Source: a virus
Strand: one strand, 5' to 3'
DNA: 64,000 nucleotides
Virus record (IMG/VR): IMGVR_UViG_3300045988_160359
Span: 53,570 to 117,569 of that record
The notes below the pieces were generated by a model. It worked only from the letters and a program-made list of their open reading frames with translations, was not told the origin of the DNA and ran no database searches. Position 1 is the first letter of the stretch; the number at the start of each line of letters is the position of its first letter. The position numbers and the translations under genes were made by a program. Positions 39,601 through 48,522 of the stretch are shown piece by piece.

Positions 39601-40170
39601 TCAGATACAAATGATGCTACTGTTCGTGTTACTAATTCAAAAGGATCTATCGGATTATTATCTTCTACCAATTGTGGTCTATATGATTATACTAAGAGTA
39701 AATGGTTAATTTATACAGATGGTACAAAAGCTTCAACTTCTTACGCGCTATATGGTGCAGTGTGGAATGACTATGCTGAATTCCGTGAAGGAGATACTAT
39801 TGATGCTGGTCGTTGTGTAGTTGAAGTTGGTGATGATACTCTTATTACTTCGACTGAACGTTTGATGCCGGGTGCGAATATTACATCTGATACATTTGGT
39901 TTTGCTATTGGTGAGACTGAACAAGCTAAAACTCCAATAGCAGTAAGCGGACGTGTTTTGGCTTATCCATATGAATCTCGTGAAGAGTTTAAAAAGAATG
40001 TTGGACGTCCAGTATGTTCCGGCCCTAATGGGACAGTTTCTATTATGACTGATGAAGAATATAGAAATAAAGGTTATTGTGCGATTGGCACGATTTCAGC
40101 AGTTCCTGATTATGAAGAATGGGGAACTGGAAAAGTTAAAGTTAATGGGCGCGTATGGATTAAAGTGTGA
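33640..40170 (+). CDS. Giant tail fibre (2176 aa) with HxH motifs and repeated GGTLTGNL/GDTMTGDL fibre repeats; conserved C-terminal module
   Basis: RBS gaagggag is followed by ATG 33640. The N-terminus LFKINKGLATNL...GFAYFTKDDGKFYID carries the tail-fibre motif. Frame 1 is line-aligned, and every line from 34081 to 36060 was checked to contain only TAG. ORFs 33640, 36031, 36319, 36790, 37561, 38656 and 39760 are all in the same frame. Motifs include YVKKSGDTMTGDLKF, LPLTGGTLSGNLTLN, HTHTKSDITDFAHAHDDRYY and TAGQLFF / TAG-(TAG)-YLV. The gene stops at TGA 40168-40170. Confidence 0.8.
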
Positions 40171-40191
40171 TAAAGGAGAGTGAATTAATAT

Positions 40192-41913
40192 ATGGCAACT
40201 TATGATTTAGCAACAACATCTCCAAGTTTTACTTCTTTACGAGCCGGAGATATTATAAATTGTTCATATAGTGGAGCAAAAAAAAGTATTGATCTTCCAG
40301 CTGGTACTTATAAATTAGAAGTGTGGGGCGCTTAGGGAGGTAGTAGAAATACTAACAATCAAGGTGGTCCAGGAGGTTATTCAGTAGGTACTTTAACATT
40401 AACTACTAAAACAACGCTTTATATTTATAGTGGAGGGCAACCAACAGCAGTAAAAGTTGGAGGATTCAATGGCGGTGGAGCTGGTTATAACTCTGGATAT
40501 GGAGGAGGTGGAGCTTCTGATATCCGCATCGCTAAAGATAGTTTATATGCTAGAGTAATTGTTGCTGGCGGCGGAGGAGGAGCTTGTTATTCAGTTACTT
40601 TAAAAGGAGCTGGCGGAGGTACATAGGGCCTCGGAGGATATAATAATGAAACAACTATTGCTGGAAGTAATAGAAGTGGCGGTGGAGGCACTCAAACTCA
40701 AGGAGGCCATCCTTACTCTATAAGTGCTACTACTTATCCTGAAGCTGTTGGAACTTTTGGAAAAGGTGGAGCTGGTGGTGCAGGTAAAACTGGATATAGT
40801 TGTGGTGGAGGCGGCAGCGGCTGGTATGGCGGCGGCGGCGCTTATGATAATGATTCTGACTCTGACGGAAGAAGTGGAGGCGGAGGTAGTGGGTATATTT
40901 ATACCACTAGTACTGCTGCTAATTATCCATCTGGATGTTTATTAAATAGTAATTATTATTTAGCTAATGCTTCTACAAAAAATGGTACTGTTTCATTTGT
41001 AAAACCTGCGGGAGGAAATGAAACAGGGCATACTGGCAATGGATATGCTCGTATTACTATATTAACTACAACAGCGAAAACTACTTATACTTTCAATGCT
41101 AATGGAGGCGCTTCTACTCCCGCTTCAATTACTGTAAATTGGGGAACGACTAAAACACTACCTTCTGCTATTAATCGAGCAAGTAAGGGAGTTAATTTTA
41201 CTACTCTTTGTTACGGTGCAGGTGGTACAGATGTAACAGCTACTGGGCTAAAGACCGCTAATTATACATTTGCTGGATGGAATACTAATGCTCAAGGAAC
41301 TGGGACTAATTATAATGCAGGAGCATCTATCTCATCATCAGGATCAATTGATCCTGTTACTTTATATGCAAAATGGAATGTTAGTTATAGTTATAGTGCT
41401 AATAATCAAATTAAAACTATTCCCCATCCTACCCGAGCTAATTCTACTACTTCTTTTACTATTAAAGGAAATTGTAATGGTGGCATAAATAACACTTCAT
41501 TAACTGGCAATTAGACTATTTCTTATACTTTTACTGGATGGAATAGTTAGTATGATGGGAAGGGCACAGCTTATGATATAAATTCAACTGCTACATTTAA
41601 TGAAAGTACAATACTTTATGCCCAATGGAATTAGACAATATCTTATAATAATAATACTATTAATCTATTACCAATTCCTACTCGGTCTAAATATATTTTT
41701 ACAGGATGGAATACCGCAGCAAATGGTAGTGGAGGGACTTATCCTAAAGGCTCTACTGAATAGATTAAATCACCATAGACGTTATATGCTCAATGGTAGA
41801 GAGAAGCTTACAATTATGTCCCGTTTATTTATACAAATGGAAAATGGGTAAAAATGACTCCATTAATTTATAATAATGGAACTTGGACAAATAGACTAGT
41901 TGATTTAAAATAA
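40192..41913 (+). CDS. Glycine-rich-domain protein (573 aa) with C-terminal Listeria-Bacteroides (Flg_new-type) repeats; candidate cell-wall-binding tail protein
   Basis: RBS taaaggagag is followed by ATG 40192. Frame 1 was checked line by line from 40201 to 41911 (7 TAG). The N-terminal half has GGxGG tracts. Three C-terminal repeats of the form YTF(A/T)GWN(T/S)...G(T/S)(G/A)Y......TLYA(K/Q)W are present. The gene stops at TAA 41911-41913. Confidence 0.7.
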
Positions 41914-41962
41914 AAAAAATGGGAAGTGAATCATTTAGAATCACTTCCCATTTTATTATTTT
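41912..41962. terminator. Bidirectional terminator at the convergence of the + and - blocks (A8, then gggaagtga-loop-tcacttccc, then T-rich)
   Basis: A 9-bp inverted repeat lies at 41921-41929 and 41941-41949. It overlaps the TGA (tca 41931-41933) of the - strand gene. Confidence 0.55.
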
Positions 41963-42299
41963 CTAATCGTTGCTTAGAATTATCAATATAATGATTTATT
42001 TTTTCATTTGAGAAATATGTAATTGGTTTATCTAATTTCCTAGCATAGCAGATTTCTTGATAACCAGTCGGCCCAATATATTCATTTTCTCCAGTAATAA
42101 AATAAACGGCATCAGCCATATTAATTTTATTTTTACTAGAGTTTAACAATCTAGTTTCTGTGTCTGATGGTAATATAATATTATCTGCATGAGCAAATAC
42201 TTTAGGAGATAAAACAATATGTCCTTCGAGAGATAGGATTGCTCCTAACTTCTCGAAGGACTCTTTGAATTTAGTGCTTCCGCACAAACAAATAATCAA
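41931..42299 (-). CDS. SLOG-superfamily protein (nucleoside 2-deoxyribosyltransferase / LOG-like), 122 aa
   Basis: The motif AVYFITGENEYIGPTGYQEICYARKLDKPITYF resembles the Ndt/LOG core (GT.FELGYA...GKPV). The ORF is intact with no TAG. Confidence 0.45.
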   Translation of the reverse strand: MIICLCGSTKFKESFEKLGAILSLEGHIVLSPKVFAHADNIILPSDTETRLLNSSKNKINMADAVYFITGENEYIGPTGYQEICYARKLDKPITYFSNEKINHYIDNSKQRLENNKMGSDSK

Positions 42300-42713
42300 T
42301 TAATCTTCGACCTTTTTAGGCTGAGCTTTATTTGTATTAACCTCAGACTCGATTTTAGTGGTAATATATCCACTCAAATCACCAAGGGCTTCATTAAGAT
42401 ACTCTTTAGCATCTTCAGTCAGAATACCCATTACGGCGTCATAAGTCTTTTTGAATGCTTCCAATTGAGCATTTTTATCAAATGCATTTTGCCCCTTCAG
42501 ACTTTCAACATATGTTTGATTTGTTGCTAATACACAATCAGTAATTGTTTTATTAAGCATGTCCATATATTTTTGAAGAGTTTCATCATTGGTTTTAGCC
42601 TTCAATTCATTGGTTTTAGACTGAATAAAACGAACCAAGAATAAAGAGACAGCTGTTAGTACTGGAACAATAAGAATATTGAAAATTTGTTGTAGCATTT
42701 CTAGCCAATCCAT
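42300..42713 (-). CDS. Membrane-anchored protein (N-terminal TM helix plus a helical cytoplasmic domain), 137 aa; holin-like architecture
   Basis: Reverse-strand RBS aggagg precedes the ATG. It has the TM segment ILIVPVLTAVSLFLV. Its stop is contiguous with the next gene's start. Confidence 0.5.
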   Translation of the reverse strand: MDWLEMLQQIFNILIVPVLTAVSLFLVRFIQSKTNELKAKTNDETLQKYMDMLNKTITDCVLATNQTYVESLKGQNAFDKNAQLEAFKKTYDAVMGILTEDAKEYLNEALGDLSGYITTKIESEVNTNKAQPKKVED

Positions 42714-42884
42714 AAATTATTTCCTCCTATTCTATTTTCTGTATTATAAAATAAATTTTTGGAAAAGTCAATAAATGTCAATTCCTATTTAATATGAAAA
42801 ATATTCTAGATAGTTTTCTCGAAAATAACCAGGCAAAATCATTAATTGGTCCATCTTAATTTACATTATATAATGGAGGAGCTT

Positions 42885-42938
42885 AGTAAAATTTTTTACA
42901 CCATTGTAAAATTTTTTACTCCGCTGTAAAAAATTTGG
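42885..42938. promoter_or_regulatory. Array of three ~16-bp palindromic operator-like sites (TGTAAAA-W2-TTTTACA consensus) spaced ~20 bp apart
   Basis: The sites are gtaaaattttttaca (42885-42900), tgtaaaattttttact (42906-42921) and tgtaaaaaatttgg (42925-42938). Neighbouring half-sites are mutually reverse-complementary. The array sits in the divergent intergenic region just upstream of the gene starting at 42961. Confidence 0.5.
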
Positions 42939-42960
42939 AAAGCGAGGTATTTTCTAGAAA

Positions 42961-43401
42961 ATGTATCCAAACAGTTATAACTATTATCCTCAATCTCAAA
43001 ATCCCTACCTGAATCGTTATATGCCTACTAACCAATATACTCAACAACTTCAAGGATTAAAAGGTCGGCCGGTCTCTAGTCTTGAAGAAGTTCGAGCAAC
43101 AGGTATTGATTTTGACGGGTCGGTTTTCTATTTTCCAGACCTAGCAAATCGACGTATCTACACAAAACAAATCAATTTAGATGGAACAGCTTCATTAAAT
43201 ATGTATGAATTAAAAGCTACTCCTCCTCCAACAGCATAGCCAGAAGCAACACCATCTGACGCTTCTTATGTAAGCAAAGAAGAATTCGAGAAAACAGTCA
43301 CAATTCTAGTTAATGAAATTAATAAACTGAAAGGAGCTAACGCAGATGAATCCAAACCAAATGATGAATCCAATGGCGATGCTACAGAATTTAAATTCTA
43401 A
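42961..43401 (+). CDS. Hypothetical protein (146 aa) with a Y/N/Q-rich N-terminus
   Basis: ORF 42961..43239 continues through TAG 43237-43239 in line-aligned frame 1 to TAA 43399-43401. Confidence 0.5.
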
Positions 43402-43552
43402 TCCCTTATTCCAATAGGCACAAAGAATGGCTCAAGGAAAATCAGAAGCAGAGATTATTCAAATTGCACGTAATATCTGCCGAGAAAAGGGAATCAATTT
43501 TGATGAAGCTTATTCTATCTTCCAATCTCAATATAATTAGAAAGGAATGTAA
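43346..43552 (+). CDS. Small protein (68 aa), overlaps the 3' end of the upstream gene in another frame
   Basis: RBS gaaaggag is followed by ATG 43346. It has 2 in-frame TAG and stops at TAA 43550-43552. Confidence 0.35.
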
Positions 43553-43557
43553 AAATT

Positions 43558-44235
43558 ATGGCTTTAACTGAAAACGGATTATCTCCTGCTGATATCATGG
43601 CAATGACCCAAGGCGACAATAACAATAATGGTTTTGGCGGCACTTGGACTTGGGTATTCTTCTTATTCTTCCTACTGGCTTGGGGAGGCGGCGGATTATT
43701 TGGCGGCGGTTCTACTCAAGGCGCTTTAACTCGCGCTGAATTAGCTGATGGCCTAGGTCGTCAAGATATGTTCCGCAATCAAGATATGATCCTTACCGAA
43801 GTAAGCGCATTTGAACGTGATGCTACTAACCGTTGGGGTAATATCCAATACGAAGTAATGAAAGGGTTAAATGATAATCGTTTCGCCCAGCAAGAATGTT
43901 GTTGCACAACTAATCGCAATATTGACGCTGTGAGATATGAGAATGCTAAAAATACTTGCGATATTGTAAATACTAGCAACTTAAATACTCGTGATATTTT
44001 AACTAATCAAAATGCTGGTGTCCAGCGTATTCTTGATTATTTAACTACCGATAAAATTGAAGGTCTGCGTACTGAATTGCAGTCTGCCAACTTAACAATT
44101 CAGAACATGAATCAGACTTCTGATTTATTAAATGTCTTACGTCCATATCCTACTCCTGCATATATTACTTGCAGTCCTTATACTTCAAGTAATATTTATA
44201 ATGCATTTAGTGGATGCGGAGCTTGCGGTAATTAA
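43558..44235 (+). CDS. Membrane protein (225 aa) with a Trp/Phe-rich TM segment, a Gly tract and Cys clusters (CCC, CGACGN)
   Basis: The ORF is intact with a weak RBS aaaggaatg. The TM segment is WTWVFFLFFLLAWGGGG. Confidence 0.5.
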   Translation: MALTENGLSPADIMAMTQGDNNNNGFGGTWTWVFFLFFLLAWGGGGLFGGGSTQGALTRAELADGLGRQDMFRNQDMILTEVSAFERDATNRWGNIQYEVMKGLNDNRFAQQECCCTTNRNIDAVRYENAKNTCDIVNTSNLNTRDILTNQNAGVQRILDYLTTDKIEGLRTELQSANLTIQNMNQTSDLLNVLRPYPTPAYITCSPYTSSNIYNAFSGCGACGN

Positions 44236-44239
44236 TTTA

Positions 44240-44270
44240 TTGAGGGAGGAAATATCCTCCCTCTATTCTA
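44240..44270 (+). terminator. Hairpin (gagggagga-aatat-tcctccctc)
   Basis: A 9-bp GC-rich perfect stem lies directly after the TAA of the 43558 gene. The T-tract is weak. Confidence 0.5.
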
Positions 44271-44292
44271 ACTAAGAAAGGAGTTCATACGA

Positions 44293-44715
44293 ATGAGTAC
44301 TTGTTCAAATTGCTCTAACCCAATTTTAAAGACTACCTCTACAACTAGCTAGACTCTTGCTACGGGTAATCCCATTCCACTCCAAAATAATATATTCCAA
44401 AGTGGCTGTGGTATTTCTCATATTGCAGGCAGTACTGCGATTAGTTTAACTCGAACCGGCACTTATTTAGTTGCAATTACTGCAACTGGTGATGCTGGCT
44501 CTGGCAACACATTTTCAGTCTAGGCTTACAATAATGGAACTGCCATTCCAACCGCAATTGCAAGTCTAGTTGACACTGGCACAGTTCATTTTACTACATT
44601 AGTAAAAGTACTACCATCATGTCGTTCTATAAATAACAATGCCAATTTGACATTTGTTAACACTGGTGCAACAACCTATTCAACTGTTGAAGTCGATATC
44701 GTAAAGGTTGGGTGA
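44293..44715 (+). CDS. BclA C-terminal (C1q-like beta-sandwich) domain-like protein, 140 aa
   Basis: RBS aaaggag is followed by ATG 44293. Frame 1 was checked line by line (2 TAG). It stops at TGA 44713-44715. The pattern TGTYLVAITATGDAG...NGTAIP...TVEVDIVKV parallels the BclA CTD. Confidence 0.45.
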
Positions 44716-44720
44716 GTTGA

Positions 44721-45242
44721 ATGGATTGTCAAGAATATATGATTTCTATAATTAAACGCCAAACAGAGGGAGTAGTTTATCATGAAAATATGACTGACTA
44801 TTACCGTTTTTTATGTTTAGATGGTTTAAAAGAAATCCATTGTCATCAATCTTAGGAAGAATTAGAAACTCTTCAATGTATTAAAGATTGTTATGCAAAA
44901 ATATATTTTTCAATTCCACAATTTGAAATGGAAAACACAACATTAATTCCAGCAGAATGGTATAGTAAAACATCTATGGATGTTACCAAAGGAGCTATTA
45001 AATCATTAAGTAAAGAGAGTCTCTACCATTGGCTCGATTGGGAGAAGGAAACAGTGAGCATCTATAAAGAGGCCGCTATGCACTTCAAAGAAAATATGGC
45101 ATTCCATGAATTAAAAATAGCTAAAAAATTAATTAAAAATGTTTCCGCAGAAATTTGTGAAATTGAAGGATTAATTACAGAAGGGTTAGCTTACGATTTT
45201 AGCCCTGAATTTTTAAAATATTATTATAAAATAGAAGAATAA
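44721..45242 (+). CDS. Hypothetical protein (173 aa)
   Basis: ATG 44721 is in frame with ORF 44928..45242 through TAG at 44853-44855. It stops at TAA 45240-45242. Confidence 0.45.
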
Positions 45243-45249
45243 ATTATTA

Positions 45250-45292
45250 TAAGCCGAGAATTAAGTTTTATTTAATTCTCGGCTATTTTTTA
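45250..45292. terminator. Bidirectional rho-independent terminator (agccgagaattaa-gttttat-ttaattctcggct followed by T7)
   Basis: A 13-bp perfect stem is followed by a T-run. It lies between the convergent genes 44721-45242 (+) and 45290-45784 (-). Confidence 0.85.
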
Positions 45293-45784
45293 TTCTTTGT
45301 AGGTAGATAAACTATTTCTAAATTTCTATTCTACCATTTGGAATAGTTTATCTCCTGTATGATTTCCATTCATTTTATTATATGTCTCATGGTCGCTCTC
45401 AATTTCTTCAAATTCATCGAGAGTGATTTCATGGTCTGGATTTAATAATTTTCGACAATCATTTTTAAATTGTTTTCCCTAAATAGATAAAATACCATCT
45501 CTTACAACATCTATTTTATCATTTACATTATAAATTTCTTGTTTTAAACTATCGTTTTCTTGTTTAGATAAATTTCGCTCAGTTTGCAATAAATTAGCTG
45601 TAGTTTTATGTTCATCGCTAATTTTACTTTTTAATTCTTTAATAATTTTTTCATGAGCTTCATCTTCTAAACGCTATTTTTCTTTTTTATATAAATTATA
45701 AAAGTATTTAGCTAAACCCGTAAGTCCTAATGCGATTATACCAAATAAAAACTCAAGCCAATATTTGGCGATAAAATCAAGCAT
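45290..45784 (-). CDS. Membrane-anchored coiled-coil protein (164 aa)
   Basis: Reverse-strand RBS aaggag precedes ATG (cat 45782-45784). The TM segment is YWLEFLFGIIALGLTGLAKYF. It has 3 in-frame TAG and stops at TAA (tta 45290-45292). It was missed by the ORF track because TAG fragments it. Confidence 0.5.
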
Positions 45785-45862
45785 TTAAAAAACTCCTTTC
45801 CGTAAGAATCTCTATCCATTTGTTCTTACAAATAAGGAGTTATTTTTTTTTGTATTTTGGCC

Positions 45863-46372
45863 TTATTCCCAATTATACTCTTCTTGAGATTTAGTGAAAT
45901 ATGCAGTATATAAACATATAGCATCACATACATCATCATTAGCCACTATACCATATTTATTTTTTACAAACTCAATATCTGCTTGTTTAAGTGCTACTCG
46001 TTTTACTTTTGGACCAAGTTTCATTCCAAGTAATTTTCGCCATGATGATGAATTCATAAATTCAATAAAATCATAATCAATGCTAGTATCAATACTATGA
46101 GCACCTAATGCCACAGATCCTTGAAGCCACATTAAAACACGTTCAGTATGAGACTTATTCCCATATGCTTCTGGATGCACATCTTCTGCGACTATTTTAC
46201 CAACACTATTTTCTTTTATCAAATCTACAATTTTATCAGTCATTTGTTTAATACGTTCAAGAGTATTATCTCCTGAAATAGGAATTAATCCCCATTTGAG
46301 CATTTCCCCTTTTTCAGAAGATAAGCACCATCCAGTAGATTTAGATGATAAATCTAAAAATAATATATTCAT
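45863..46372 (-). CDS. ruvC: RuvC-like Holliday junction resolvase
   Basis: Motifs ILFLDLSSKSTGW, VAEDVH and DVCDAICL indicate the RuvC fold with its acidic residues. Its ATG overlaps the dUTPase stop (TAATG). Confidence 0.7.
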   Translation of the reverse strand: MNILFLDLSSKSTGWCLSSEKGEMLKWGLIPISGDNTLERIKQMTDKIVDLIKENSVGKIVAEDVHPEAYGNKSHTERVLMWLQGSVALGAHSIDTSIDYDFIEFMNSSSWRKLLGMKLGPKVKRVALKQADIEFVKNKYGIVANDDVCDAICLYTAYFTKSQEEYNWE

Positions 46373-46929
46373 TAAGTTAGACTAGCTTGATTAGCTTCTG
46401 GACTACTTGTAGTAGAACCAAACCCACCAAGCCGTTGGCCAAAAGCATTATCATCATCTGCTGTTAGATAAGGTTTAATAATACCTTGGCCAATTTTATC
46501 TCCCTTTTTAAGTTGAATATCAAATGGAGTAAGATTAATTACTTGAAAATAAATATGTCCTTCATTATCGGGATTATTATAATAATCAGCATCAATAATA
46601 CCCACTCCATTAGCAAGAATAATCCAATGCTTTAGTGGAGTAGAACTACGTACTGATAATTCAAGATATGTATCCGCATCAAGACAACATTTAATTCCAG
46701 TAGGAATAAGAGTAGGTTTTATTTTTAATTCTTTGGTAAAACTAGCCATTTCAGTTAGAGTATAAGTATGGCCTGTTCTACCCCATCGGACCATTTCGCT
46801 CATTTGGTTAGAATAAGATGGGATTACAATATCATTAGCCACAGTAAAATCGTATCCAGCGGAATTCACTGTACTACGAGTGGGAATTACTGCATCAGGG
46901 TATTTAGAAACTTTTTCAAATTTAATCAT
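46372..46929 (-). CDS. dut: dUTP diphosphatase (dUTPase)
   Basis: dUTPase motifs are present: SAGYDF, GVGIIDADYYNNPDNEGHI and the C-terminal QRLGGFGSTTSS. Confidence 0.85.
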   Translation of the reverse strand: MIKFEKVSKYPDAVIPTRSTVNSAGYDFTVANDIVIPSYSNQMSEMVRWGRTGHTYTLTEMASFTKELKIKPTLIPTGIKCCLDADTYLELSVRSSTPLKHWIILANGVGIIDADYYNNPDNEGHIYFQVINLTPFDIQLKKGDKIGQGIIKPYLTADDDNAFGQRLGGFGSTTSSPEANQASLT

Positions 46930-47180
46930 TAGAAATCAATTTGCTCCCCATATTTAATATTAACAACAGAAATAGGATCTTTTTCATCATTGAATTTCTT
47001 GGTCAATGAAACTTGATACCATTCATCAATGATTTCTCCCTTCTATTTCTTTTCCTTTTTTACAGAACTATACTTAGCTAATTCATACATACTATCATGC
47101 TTAGCCTTCTCAATTAAAGAAGCAGCACTAGCTTCATCATCAACTCTATATACTTCAGTTGTACTTACTAGGTATTCCAT
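46929..47180 (-). CDS. Small acidic protein (83 aa)
   Basis: Reverse-strand RBS ggagaagga precedes ATG (cat 47178-47180). It has 1 TAG and its TAA overlaps the dut ATG (TAATG). It is not in the ORF track because TAG fragments it. Confidence 0.45.
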
Positions 47181-47422
47181 TATTTTCCTTCTCCACAATC
47201 AATAATTAGATTTAAATTTTCATATGCATAATTAGTTTTACAAAATTCCATCATTCTTTGTTTCATTTCAAATGTGTAATCAGTAATACCTAACAAATGA
47301 ATTACATTAATATTATTATTTTTGCAGTAGGATGGAACAGCTTCAATCATATCATCGAACGTACAACTAAATGTATCTATGATATTGCCATTATTATCTA
47401 CTGCATAAATTTGTTGAACCAT
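47180..47422 (-). CDS. Small hypothetical protein (80 aa)
   Basis: The ORF is in the operon context. No clear SD is present, and an upstream GTG alternative start (47458) is possible. Confidence 0.35.
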   Translation of the reverse strand: MVQQIYAVDNNGNIIDTFSCTFDDMIEAVPSYCKNNNINVIHLLGITDYTFEMKQRMMEFCKTNYAYENLNLIIDCGEGK

Positions 47423-47454
47423 ATCAAATGGCTATAAGCTACAAAATAAACGAT

Positions 47455-48000
47455 TCACGAAAAATCCACCACCCCTGCATCATATCCAAATAAATAGAAC
47501 ATATAAATATTATCATCAATAGACATCCAAATTTCAATAGCGCCTTGTTCTTCATTCCAATCTAATGTTTTAATTTTACCAACATCAGCGAGGCAATCTA
47601 ATACAGATTTACCGAATGAATCAGCAATAATTGTTGGTTCATAATGGAATACAGTATAATAATTATAATCTCTACATAACATAAGATAATAATTATTATT
47701 CACTTTTCGATGATAACTATTAATTTTTTGTTGATAATCTCCTAATGTATCTGTATCGGGGTCTGGTAATGAACGCACTAAAGATTTATTTAAATCATAT
47801 AAATTTAAGTTTAAATTAGCTTTAGTATCATCAATTTTGTCGACAGTACCATAATTTGATACTTCTTCCCATTTATTATCTATATAACAATATACTTTTT
47901 TATCATCAGTATATGCTACTGCCCCATTTTCAAATACTTGAGGAGAATATTTTAATTCATCAATGGTTTTTACACCAATACATTTTAATCCATTAGTCAT
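47455..48000 (-). CDS. Hypothetical protein (181 aa)
   Basis: The ORF is intact with reverse-strand RBS tggaggataataaATG. Confidence 0.55.
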   Translation of the reverse strand: MTNGLKCIGVKTIDELKYSPQVFENGAVAYTDDKKVYCYIDNKWEEVSNYGTVDKIDDTKANLNLNLYDLNKSLVRSLPDPDTDTLGDYQQKINSYHRKVNNNYYLMLCRDYNYYTVFHYEPTIIADSFGKSVLDCLADVGKIKTLDWNEEQGAIEIWMSIDDNIYMFYLFGYDAGVVDFS

Positions 48001-48027
48001 TTATTATCCTCCATTTTCTATATTATA

Positions 48028-48522
48028 TCACATTTTTTCCCATAAGTCAAATGGAGCATAATAAACTTTTTGATTGCGTGAGCCGCGCATAGGTAAAGTA
48101 ATATCTCGTTGTTCAATTTTAAATGGGCCATCAATAATACAGTCAATATTATCAACAATATTTTTTAGATGTGGCTCTCTGCGCGTAGCCAATTCATCCA
48201 TTGTATATCCAGTCCATAAAAAAATTTTTGTTTTGGGAAGAGCTTCTTTAATATGTTCAATAATTAAATCTACAAGGAATAGATTTTCTGGGGCGAGAGG
48301 CTCTCCGCCCATAATACAAAAATCACGATGTATACCATTAGCAGTAAGAGCATTTACTATATCATCTAATGTATCTGTAGTAAATTCTTTTCCGCCATTA
48401 AAATCCCAAGTTTCTGGATTCTAACAACCTTCGCAATGTCTGGCGCATCCTTGAGTGAAAAATGAGACACACACTCCAGGAGCTCCAGCAATATCATTTT
48501 TAATTATTCCTGCGTATCTCAT
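48028..48522 (-). CDS. nrdG: Anaerobic ribonucleotide reductase activating protein NrdG (radical SAM), with one in-frame TAG
   Basis: Reverse-strand RBS aggag precedes ATG (cat 48520-48522). The N-terminus MRYAGIIKNDIAGAPGVCVSFFTQGCARHCEGC-(TAG)-NPETW matches the NrdG CxxxCxxC-x-N..TW motif. TAG at 48421-48423 joins the N-terminus in frame to ORF 48028..48312 (GGEPL, DGPF). Its ATG overlaps the nrdD TGA (ATGA). Confidence 0.8.

Noticed and set aside
1-41913. Interpretation of the fragmented + strand block as a decayed pseudogene region or non-coding DNA
   Set aside because: Interruptions are exclusively TAG and never TAA/TGA. The frame is maintained for kilobases. RBS+start pairs occur only at true gene starts. 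Conserved motifs run across the TAG positions.
48421-48423. TAG = Tyr (or another aromatic), suggested by the NrdG alignment GC-(TAG)-N versus E. coli/T4 GCYN
   Set aside because: It rests on a single site. The internal paralog evidence (TAGQLFF versus TAG-(TAG)-YLV) and the polar residues at the other aligned positions favour Gln. It is kept as a caveat to test.
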